Below, in pieces: positions 56,424 through 64,000 of a stretch of 64,000 nucleotides of DNA. A program made the position numbers and the translations under genes. Origin of the DNA: a virus; the IMG/VR virus record IMGVR_UViG_3300035663_000001, positions 64,542-128,541 of that record; one strand, given 5' to 3'. The notes beneath the pieces are model-generated. The model searched no databases. It was not told the DNA's origin and worked only from the letters and a program-made list of their open reading frames with translations. Within the stretch, counting starts at the first letter, position 1. The number at the start of each line of letters is the position of its first letter.

Positions 56424-56879
56424 ATGCAAGAAATTATAATAGATGAACTTGGGACTAAAAGATACTATTGGAATGATGAATTGCATCGAGAAGATGGTCC
56501 AGCGATAGAATATTTTAATGGAGACAAATTTTGGTATTTTCATGGACAATGTCATCGAGAAGATAAACCAGCTATAGAATGTAATAATGGTGATCAAGAG
56601 TGGTGGATTTATGATAAATTACATCGAGCAGATGGTCCAGCAATAGACTTTATTAGTGGCCGTCAAGAATGGTGGATTCATGGTAAAAAACATCGAGAAG
56701 GTGGTCCAGCCATCATCTGGGATGATGGCTATAAAGCTTGGTATATATCAGGCCAACGACATCGAGAAGATGGTCCGGCCATAGAATATAGTAATGGGTA
56801 TAAAGAATGGTATCTTCACGGTACACCATATACAGAAGAAGATTATTGGAGAGTAGTTAAATTAAAAGCTTTATGGTAA
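56424..56879 (+). CDS. HREDGPA-repeat protein
   Basis: repeats and tail. Confidence 0.85.
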   Translation: MQEIIIDELGTKRYYWNDELHREDGPAIEYFNGDKFWYFHGQCHREDKPAIECNNGDQEWWIYDKLHRADGPAIDFISGRQEWWIHGKKHREGGPAIIWDDGYKAWYISGQRHREDGPAIEYSNGYKEWYLHGTPYTEEDYWRVVKLKALW

Positions 56880-57536
56880 ATTAATATTCGTAATATGACT
56901 CCAAGTTTTTCCAGTAATAATTTTTTTAATGGCAGCTCGACTCACATTAAATAATTGAGCTAATTGTTGTTGACTATAATTTTTTCTATATAATTCCACT
57001 ATTTTTAACACTTGCTCTCCCTTAAGTTTAGCTTGACTGGTTTTTTCTCCTACCGGAATTTTCCTATTAGGAAATTTTCTACCGACATTAATCTGATGTC
57101 CTTTTTTAAATCCATGGGTAATTCCTATTTTTCCTTTTAACCAAGAGGGTTGCCCCGGCTTAAAACTTCCACTATTAGGTTTAATGATACCTTTAGTTCC
57201 CTTATTCCATGCAGAACACACTGGTTTATTATTACCACCAATAGTCGCATTATATCCAAATGGTGCTTGCGATTGATATTGAGCAATTAATTCAATTTCT
57301 GACTCATTGGCTAAATTTAAACTAGTTGTGGTAGCAATTACTTCAAAAGTAAAATTTTCTACCCCATATTTCTTAATAGCTTTAGAAATTAACATTAATG
57401 GAGAAAGGTGACGGGCATCAATTTTATGCCGGCGCCACCTTTGTTTCGGATTTTTTGTTTGACCAATATAAATTTTATTATTTACTTGATTGATGATCCG
57501 ATATAGATAATAGGAGATATTTTGCATATCTCCCAT
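56871..57536 (-). CDS. GIY-YIG homing endonuclease (Seg-like) with NUMOD/HTH tail
   Basis: YLY...IYIGQT...R...H, KYG.ENF, E...I, GYN; AWNKG. Confidence 0.85.
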   Translation of the reverse strand: MGDMQNISYYLYRIINQVNNKIYIGQTKNPKQRWRRHKIDARHLSPLMLISKAIKKYGVENFTFEVIATTTSLNLANESEIELIAQYQSQAPFGYNATIGGNNKPVCSAWNKGTKGIIKPNSGSFKPGQPSWLKGKIGITHGFKKGHQINVGRKFPNRKIPVGEKTSQAKLKGEQVLKIVELYRKNYSQQQLAQLFNVSRAAIKKIITGKTWSHITNINLP

Positions 57537-57543
57537 ATATCAA

Positions 57544-58473
57544 TTATAGTTGAGTCCATTCAAACGTAGTAGTATTAAAGGACCAAGTATCATTATAGAC
57601 GACATCGTATCCATTAGTACCACCTGTTAGAATAACTCGGCTGGATTGAATATCATACACCATCATGGCGCCTACTCGACCCGGAGGATTATTAGCCGGG
57701 GCTCTCTTAGTCCAAGCCGTACGACCAGCATTCAATGTCCAAGTCTCACTGGGTAACACGTCAGAGTTATTAGCACCACCAAATAAAACCCATAAGTTAT
57801 TGGCAGGGTCATAGGTTAAACAACCACCATAACGAGCAGAAGGGGGAGTGGTGGGGGTGTTTTGGGTCCACGTAGTACCGTTAAACGACCACGTATCACC
57901 AAACATCTCATTCGTTCCTAATCCACCAAACAATACACAATTGCTATTACCACCACTAAACATAAAGTCAGTGCGAGCGGCTGGTTTAGCAGCGGGAGCT
58001 AATAACGTCCAGGTTTTTAAATTACCATCCCATTGCCAAGTTTCATCTAATACATTGTTTTCATTGCAACCACCAAACATAATTGCTTTTGGGGCCGCCA
58101 CGTTTAATAAAGCTAATTTAGCTTTATAACGAGCAAAGGGTGATGTTGGTGGAGCTTCTTTTGTCCAAGAAACGCTAGCATTGCCAACAGTCCAGGTATC
58201 TCCTAAGACACCAGTTTCTCCCTTACCACCATACATTAAGGCGTTATATCCATCATAACACATGGCCATATCAATTCTAGTTGGTAATGGACCACTACCT
58301 AGCGCAGAAATTGGTCGACTCCAGTCAGTACCTGACCATTTCTCAGTAAAGTTTAAAAAGCTGGAATCAGCCGGGTAATTTCCTGTGTTTAGTAACACCA
58401 CTTTATTACCAGCAAAAGCGGTAGTGGCAGCAATTCCGGCATAAGAACAACGAAGGGGATTATTAGTTGGCAT
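57544..58473 (-). CDS. kelch-repeat beta-propeller protein
   Basis: repeated P.AR...LFGG...DTW...W. Confidence 0.8.
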   Translation of the reverse strand: MPTNNPLRCSYAGIAATTAFAGNKVVLLNTGNYPADSSFLNFTEKWSGTDWSRPISALGSGPLPTRIDMAMCYDGYNALMYGGKGETGVLGDTWTVGNASVSWTKEAPPTSPFARYKAKLALLNVAAPKAIMFGGCNENNVLDETWQWDGNLKTWTLLAPAAKPAARTDFMFSGGNSNCVLFGGLGTNEMFGDTWSFNGTTWTQNTPTTPPSARYGGCLTYDPANNLWVLFGGANNSDVLPSETWTLNAGRTAWTKRAPANNPPGRVGAMMVYDIQSSRVILTGGTNGYDVVYNDTWSFNTTTFEWTQL

Positions 58474-58611
58474 TTTATCTCCATCTAGATATTGACGGCT
58501 TCTAGCTGCCGTTATATTAACCTAACTTTATGTGAAAGAATACATAGAAATTGATAGAATCAAAACTTACGCTCCACCAAATATTTGAGTATTTTTAAAA
58601 ATTTCTGTCTC

Positions 58612-58639
58612 TTGACAAGTATTTTGTAAAATTTAACTT
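58612..58639 (+). promoter_or_regulatory. sigma70-like promoter for tsf
   Basis: TTGACA-N16-TAACTT. Confidence 0.55.
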
Positions 58640-58651
58640 TAACCCGGCAAC

Positions 58652-58682
58652 AATGGAAGCTGGGATCCTTAAATATTCAGAC
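58652..58682 (+). repeat. 31-nt structured motif (copy 4, in tsf leader)
   Basis: CTGGG/TTCAG variant of the stem. Confidence 0.7.
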
Positions 58683-58697
58683 ACCTACGAGGACATA

Positions 58698-59564
58698 ATG
58701 CTCAATAAACAAGAATTAATTAAAGAATTACGAAGATTAACTTCGGCTGGCATGTCAGATTGCTTAGCGGCGCTCCAAGAAGCTAATTGGGATCTAACAC
58801 AAGCCGTAGATATAGTAAAAATTAAAGGACTCAATGTAGTCTCTAATCGAGACACTAATGTAGTTAGAGAAGGGGTAGTCTCTATTTTAGATTTACCAAC
58901 CGCCAAAATTATGGTCGAAATAAATTGTCAAACAGATTTTGTGGCTCGGTCCAAAGAATTTAAAGACTTTACTCAAGTAACTTTGCACACAATTAAAGAT
59001 TGTGTGGTAAAAAACATGCCCTTTTCAGTATCACTGGTCGAAGATGCTAGAAAGACATTAATGTCTATTACTAAAGAAAATATTGTAGTTTCTCGATGGT
59101 GGGTACAAGAAAGTTTGTCTCCGACAGCCGTTGTTTGCTCTTATTTACATTCCAATGAGAAAATTGGAGTCCTCTTAACTCTTCAATCTGCTTCCTTAGT
59201 AACAGGTTCAGCTTTAGCATTACAATGTCTACAACTAGAATCATTAGGCGCAGAATTAGCGATGCAGGTGGCCGCCATGAATCCTTTAGCCGTCTCTCCT
59301 GAACAACTTGACACTGCCACGGTAGAGAGACAAGAGCATATTTTTAAAGCTCAATTACAAGAATTAAATAAGCCAGAAGCCGCTTGGCCTAAGATTTTAG
59401 CAGGTAAATTTAATAAATGGCATCAAGAAGTATGTCTGTTAAATCAAGAATCGGTGGTGTTTCCTAAAACCAGCGTGGCTCAAGTCTTAGAAAAAGCTGA
59501 GAAATCAATAGCACCAGGTATTACTGTTGTTAACTTTATCAGATGTCAAGTAGGTGAATGCTGA
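58698..59564 (+). CDS. tsf: translation elongation factor Ts
   Basis: IKELRRLTSAGMSDC..AL, EINCQTDFVAR, ENIVV.R, AMQVAAMNP, KILAGK, CLLNQ. Confidence 0.9.
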   Translation: MLNKQELIKELRRLTSAGMSDCLAALQEANWDLTQAVDIVKIKGLNVVSNRDTNVVREGVVSILDLPTAKIMVEINCQTDFVARSKEFKDFTQVTLHTIKDCVVKNMPFSVSLVEDARKTLMSITKENIVVSRWWVQESLSPTAVVCSYLHSNEKIGVLLTLQSASLVTGSALALQCLQLESLGAELAMQVAAMNPLAVSPEQLDTATVERQEHIFKAQLQELNKPEAAWPKILAGKFNKWHQEVCLLNQESVVFPKTSVAQVLEKAEKSIAPGITVVNFIRCQVGEC

Positions 59565-59605
59565 TTCTTTAAAAGATTATAATTTACAATTAAAGCCACA
59601 AAATC

Positions 59606-59971
59606 ATGAATAAAAAACAATTATTGCAAGAAATGCAAGAGAGTATTGGTACTAAAGACCCAATCGTCTTTTTTTCGCAGATGGTAAATGTTTTCGACCT
59701 TCTATTTTCTAAAATAGAAGAATTAGAACAACAATTATCAAAAATTAAAAATCAATCCGCCCTTTCCATTCAATGGGATCCTAAATTAGCCTTGATAATG
59801 ATTGCTAAGGAAATCAATAATTTACGAGCCTTAGATAAAGAAACTTATGCTTCTGAAATTGCTCAGTTAAAACAAGCCTATTCAGAAGATAAAGTAACAC
59901 AATCTTATCCAGAATTTTGTCAATTCTGGGAAAACACCTTAGGTTGGCACCCCTTTATCGATTATAAATAA
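59606..59971 (+). CDS. hypothetical protein
   Basis: ORF. Confidence 0.5.
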   Translation: MNKKQLLQEMQESIGTKDPIVFFSQMVNVFDLLFSKIEELEQQLSKIKNQSALSIQWDPKLALIMIAKEINNLRALDKETYASEIAQLKQAYSEDKVTQSYPEFCQFWENTLGWHPFIDYK

Positions 59972-59972
59972 C

Positions 59973-60365
59973 ATGTTTACTTCCATTGGCAAACTAATTT
60001 ATAGCCCTCGGAGTCATTTAGGTTCCAATGAGAGATGGCTAGTCTTAATGTGTGACGATGAAATTTCTAAATATTATCGTCATATGTTTTATCAGCAGTT
60101 TCCATGGAAAGGAAAATTAACTCGCCCGGTCTGGGGCACCCATATCTCTATTATTCGGGGAGAGAAAATTCCTAATTATCATTTATGGGGATTGCAGGCC
60201 AATAAAATTGTGGAATTTCAATACCAACCTGGAGTATTAGATAATGGAGAATACTTTTGGCTCAAAGTAAAATCTCCTTTTCTCTCAGAAATTAGAGAAA
60301 CTTATGGTTTGACTAAAGAGCCAAAATTTGGATTTCATCTCACTATAGGAAGAAAATGTGAATAA
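59973..60365 (+). CDS. 2H phosphoesterase-like protein
   Basis: two Hx(S/T) motifs: HISI and HLTI. Confidence 0.7.
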   Translation: MFTSIGKLIYSPRSHLGSNERWLVLMCDDEISKYYRHMFYQQFPWKGKLTRPVWGTHISIIRGEKIPNYHLWGLQANKIVEFQYQPGVLDNGEYFWLKVKSPFLSEIRETYGLTKEPKFGFHLTIGRKCE

Positions 60366-60597
60366 CTATTGCGATCAACACCAAAACACAGTCGGATCTG
60401 ATTGTCCTTATTGTGTGAACGAAAAATTAACTTATGAATTGAAAATGATTCAAGAATCTTTTGTGGCCGCTATTAAAAGTAAAACTAATAAAGGAGGCCA
60501 ACAAGTCCCCTATCATGGAGATTTTGCTAATATTTCACCTTCTGTCATTCGAGATATGACTTTCTATCTCGAAAGATGGGAACAAGTTCTTAAATGA
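60358..60597 (+). CDS. hypothetical protein
   Basis: ORF. Confidence 0.4.
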   Translation: MNNYCDQHQNTVGSDCPYCVNEKLTYELKMIQESFVAAIKSKTNKGGQQVPYHGDFANISPSVIRDMTFYLERWEQVLK

Positions 60598-60667
60598 GAT
60601 ATATTGTATGTTGCCATTAACAACTTTTACCTCTGAGAGGTAAGAATAAAACACAAGGAGTTTAATT

Positions 60668-60958
60668 ATGAGTTTACAGCCATTAAGAGATTTTATTGTC
60701 GTCGCTAAACCAGTAGAAGAAGAAAAAACAGAAAGCGGTTTAATTTTTAAACCCGCCACAGCCGATTCTAAAGTGTCCAAAAGTAAAGTCTTGGCCGCTG
60801 GTTCTGGCAGAGTAACTATGTCGGGAACTGTCGTACCTTTAGAAGTCAAAGAAGGGGATACAGTTTTCTTTAATAAGCACCATGCGACTGAGTTAGCAGA
60901 TGGTTCGCAAACAGTTTTTCTGTTGAGAGAAGATCAAGTTTTAGCAGTAGTGAAATGA
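60668..60958 (+). CDS. groES: co-chaperonin GroES
   Basis: LQPLRDFIVV, TESGL, VLAAGSG, VKEGDTV, LREDQVLAVV. Confidence 0.9.
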   Translation: MSLQPLRDFIVVAKPVEEEKTESGLIFKPATADSKVSKSKVLAAGSGRVTMSGTVVPLEVKEGDTVFFNKHHATELADGSQTVFLLREDQVLAVVK

Positions 60959-61236
60959 AAATTAAAAGAAATTTGTCTACTCCGGAAGGCAAAGCATTTT
61001 GGGATTCGGCCGAATTAATTGCTCAACAAGCAGAACATTGGCCGGATTCCAAATTAGCTGGCATTAATGTTTCTCCTACTCGTCAAAAAGATCCTATTGG
61101 AGAGTTTATTGGATGGATCATTTATATAGAGGGACTACTCATTATGAGTAGTGAAAAATGGAATCCAGAGTGGAAATTATCTACAGGAAAATATTATCTC
61201 TATATGGGGGAGTTATCTAAATTATTAACCAGGTAA
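60955..61236 (+). CDS. hypothetical protein
   Basis: ORF overlapping groES stop. Confidence 0.45.
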   Translation: MKIKRNLSTPEGKAFWDSAELIAQQAEHWPDSKLAGINVSPTRQKDPIGEFIGWIIYIEGLLIMSSEKWNPEWKLSTGKYYLYMGELSKLLTR

Positions 61237-61247
61237 ATATTTCCAGC

Positions 61248-61278
61248 AATGGAGGCTGGGCTCCTTAAATATCCAGAT
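61248..61278 (+). repeat. 31-nt structured motif (copy 5)
   Basis: GGAG/CTCC and CTGGG/TCCAG variant. Confidence 0.7.
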
Positions 61279-61338
61279 CAGAGGGACGAATAATTTCGCA
61301 TACTGACAGAAGATAATTAATGTCTCCATAAGTTATAA

Positions 61339-61665
61339 TTGCTCTATACGTGGAGACATACCAGGAGACAACGGAGATGTCAGATGCGCAAGCTCAAAAA
61401 AAGATTTGAACAAAGCGGCACCCTAGTAGTGGTGGGCAAAGCTAGCGTGGTCATTCCATTGTTAGACTTTCCCCATCGAGTCGAAGTTTATTTTAAGAAA
61501 AAGTCGGTACCACTACCCTGTGACCCTGGGCCTAAGAAAAAAGATAAACTAGTATACAAAGTATATCGTCATTATTTAAGTCATTGTCGCCACACCTATA
61601 CTTTATTTATTGAATGGAAAGTTAAAGATATTAGAGAAATTACCTGGAATGTTTATTACTGCTGA
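61339..61665 (+). CDS. basic hypothetical protein (likely start 61384) flanked by 31-nt direct repeats
   Basis: GGAG RBS; repeats at 61327 and 61683. Confidence 0.5.
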   Translation: MLYTWRHTRRQRRCQMRKLKKRFEQSGTLVVVGKASVVIPLLDFPHRVEVYFKKKSVPLPCDPGPKKKDKLVYKVYRHYLSHCRHTYTLFIEWKVKDIREITWNVYYC

Positions 61666-61722
61666 TGCAAATAAGAGGATGACATAAGTTCTAATTGCTC
61701 TATACCTGGAGACAGATAACAA

Positions 61723-62682
61723 GTGAATATTTTAGTCCTAGGCTGGTATTTTAAACAAAATTTAGGCGATAATTTATTTATTGAAGCGTTTCAGCATCTA
61801 TTTCCTCAACATCAATTTACTTTTACTGACAAGATCACCTTATCTCAATTGAATAATATTCAAGCTGTCTTTATTGGCGGAGGTTCTTTTATTAACCAAC
61901 CCTGTCAAGTAGCGCCAGAAGCTTGGTCTAAATTAACATCTCTTCCTATCTGTTATGTAGGTATTGGAGCAGAAACTAATATTCATGACACACATCGACA
62001 GCTAATGTCAATAGCTAAGCTCATTGCTATTAGGAGTGATTCTCATTTAGAAACAGTTAATAATCTCAACTCTAATACTCTAGTTATTCCTGATTTGGTA
62101 TATTCTTTACCTGTTACCATTAAAAATATTACTAAACCCAAGTCTATTCTGTATATTCCAAATGTTTCAGTAGTCCCGAAATGGGATTCTCCGCATTGGA
62201 AACATACGGCCTGGGAATACTTTAAAAGTGAAATGGCTCAATCTTTAGATTTATTATCTAAAGAGTTTGAGATTAAATTTTTACCTTTTTGCCTTAATAA
62301 TAAATTAAGTGATGTTTATACGGCCGGAGAAATTATTAATCGAATGTGTCATACTAAGGATGAGATGATTTTATCACAGGTTCCGCTGACTGTACAGGAA
62401 GCGATAGATATGATCTCTCCATATACGATGACTATTACTCAAAGATTTCATGGCACAGTTTTATCTGACATGGCGCAAGTCCCATGTTTAACTATTCATC
62501 ATCATGATAAATTAAAAAATTCTATAGGTTCAAAAATTCCTTATTATGGGTGTCACAAACAACTCATATTAGATGAAATTAAAAATGTTTTATCGACAAA
62601 AAATAACCCTATTCTACCAATAGACCGTAATATATTTGAATCTTTAAGAGAGAGGGTAGAAGATGCGCTTTGTCGGAGTTAA
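61723..62682 (+). CDS. polysaccharide pyruvyl transferase family protein
   Basis: GWY..NLGD, IGGGS, GIG, IR, PDLV, RFHG. Confidence 0.85.
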   Translation: MNILVLGWYFKQNLGDNLFIEAFQHLFPQHQFTFTDKITLSQLNNIQAVFIGGGSFINQPCQVAPEAWSKLTSLPICYVGIGAETNIHDTHRQLMSIAKLIAIRSDSHLETVNNLNSNTLVIPDLVYSLPVTIKNITKPKSILYIPNVSVVPKWDSPHWKHTAWEYFKSEMAQSLDLLSKEFEIKFLPFCLNNKLSDVYTAGEIINRMCHTKDEMILSQVPLTVQEAIDMISPYTMTITQRFHGTVLSDMAQVPCLTIHHHDKLKNSIGSKIPYYGCHKQLILDEIKNVLSTKNNPILPIDRNIFESLRERVEDALCRS

Positions 62683-63940
62683 AAACAATAAAATTTGTGT
62701 TATCTCTAACGAATCCATTAATGATAAAGAGTTAGAAGTTATTGCTATTCCTCCCGAATTAAATCATATTGATTCTTTACAATTAATTACTAATTGTCGA
62801 ATTAAAAATGGCCGCTTAGTTTCTAAATTATCCAAAAAACCTGCCTCCCAACTGAAAGTTGCCTTAATTGGTAATTGGAAAATGAGATGTGGCATCGCTA
62901 CCTATGCCGAAAACTTATGGGGACACGTAGTTAAACAAGTTGGCGACTTCAAATTGTTCATTGAAAACAATGAGTTAATTACTGGTCCCACCAATTTAAT
63001 TGGTGGAGAGAGTTATTCAGAAGATAAAGTAGTGCCTTGCTGGAAACGAGGCGAACCCTTAACAGATTTAATTTCACAAATTAAAGAATATGACCCAGAT
63101 ATTGTCTGGATTCAACATGAATTTGGATTATGGCCCAATGCTATGCATTGGTTATCGATGATGACTCAATTATCTGAGTATCGAGTCATAGTTACTATGC
63201 ATTCTGTCTTTCATCATCGAGATAAAACTATTGTGGAAGCCGCTATGCCTGAGATTGTAGTGCATTTAGCGGGGGCACAACAAGTTTTATTGCAAGAAAA
63301 ACAGGTTCCTAGTAAAGTGTATGTGATTCCTCATGGATGTTTTGCTCCTCAAGGTCATAAATTATGGAATTATTATAAATCCAATAAGACCTTTATGCAA
63401 TTTGGTTTTGGATTAAGATATAAAGGTTGGGAAAATGCCATTCGAGCCACCGCAGTGTTAAAACAAAAACATGCTGATGTCTTTTTTACTGGTTTATTTT
63501 CGGAATCGCCTCATAATAAAGCGGAGCATGAATTATACTTTAATGAATTATTAGCCTTAATTTACGAATTAGGAGTACAAGATAATGTCGCCTTGTTGAG
63601 AGGATATTTTTCTGAAGAAGTATTAGATTCTTATTTAAGAACCAATCAAGCTACTTTATTTCCATATATTTCTCATCCAGAACATGAAGTCTTTGGGGTT
63701 TCTGGGGCGGCTCGGATTGCGATGTCTAAAGGATTACCAGTAGTGACGTCTTCAGTTAATCATTTTAGTGACTTGCCTACTATCAAAGCTGATTCTCCAG
63801 AAGAGATTGCTAGTGCTTTAGAAAGAGTTTTTCTTGATAAGAATTATAAAGAGCAACAAATTGCTCAACAAAATGAGTATTTAATTGATAATTCTTGGGA
63901 GCAAGTGGCGGCGCAATATCTTAAATTATTCGAGAGTTAA
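62663..63940 (+). CDS. glycosyltransferase family 4 (GT-B)
   Basis: CGIATY, IQHEFGL, IPHG, FG...YKG.E, SGA...A...GLPVVTS. Confidence 0.85.
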   Translation: MRFVGVKNNKICVISNESINDKELEVIAIPPELNHIDSLQLITNCRIKNGRLVSKLSKKPASQLKVALIGNWKMRCGIATYAENLWGHVVKQVGDFKLFIENNELITGPTNLIGGESYSEDKVVPCWKRGEPLTDLISQIKEYDPDIVWIQHEFGLWPNAMHWLSMMTQLSEYRVIVTMHSVFHHRDKTIVEAAMPEIVVHLAGAQQVLLQEKQVPSKVYVIPHGCFAPQGHKLWNYYKSNKTFMQFGFGLRYKGWENAIRATAVLKQKHADVFFTGLFSESPHNKAEHELYFNELLALIYELGVQDNVALLRGYFSEEVLDSYLRTNQATLFPYISHPEHEVFGVSGAARIAMSKGLPVVTSSVNHFSDLPTIKADSPEEIASALERVFLDKNYKEQQIAQQNEYLIDNSWEQVAAQYLKLFES

Positions 63941-64000
63941 TTTTTATTAATTAGCTCCCTTGACTCGGTATTTACGCAGATTATCATTACTGAATGACTA

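Noticed and set aside
2065-56597. Many minus-strand and alternate-frame ORFs over the repeat genes (ending TIFSM or LP)
   Set aside because: Shadow ORFs created by the repeat's codon pattern; no independent starts or motifs.
58653-58697. N-terminal extension of EF-Ts in the ORF track
   Set aside because: This is the repeated RNA motif; GAGG RBS and EF-Ts similarity support a start at 58698.

Overview
AT-rich, densely coding, mostly + strand segment of what is most likely a large (jumbo) tailed-phage genome. No core structural or replication operon is present. The dominant feature is a massive expansion of one gene family: about 42 intact and 3 broken copies, in 8 tandem clusters, of small proteins built from a 23-aa HREDGPA(I/V)E repeat and capped by a near-invariant C-terminal helix EEEYWRxVKLKALW. 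The cluster junctions are conserved and appear to capture unrelated passenger genes. The window also carries a translation and RNA-repair toolkit (LysRS, EF-Ts, TrmH-like methylase, Rnl2-type RNA ligase, 2H phosphoesterase, CYTH, Ro60/TROVE). A tRNA island at 31.8-36.7 kb is interleaved with three Y-RNA-like hairpins, a repeated pseudoknot-like motif, a tRNA-like RNA and non-canonical tRNAs. An IS607 (serine recombinase + TnpB) splits tRNA-Ile(GAT) precisely. A second, IS1341-type TnpB element and several homing endonucleases are also present. Several repeated regulatory motifs recur: sigma70-like promoters with 16-bp spacers, sigma54 boxes next to a fixed-spacing CCCAGCGACTAAA-N14-CCTA motif, and a TGATATA motif before selfish nucleases. 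All calls are by eye; no database searches were run.
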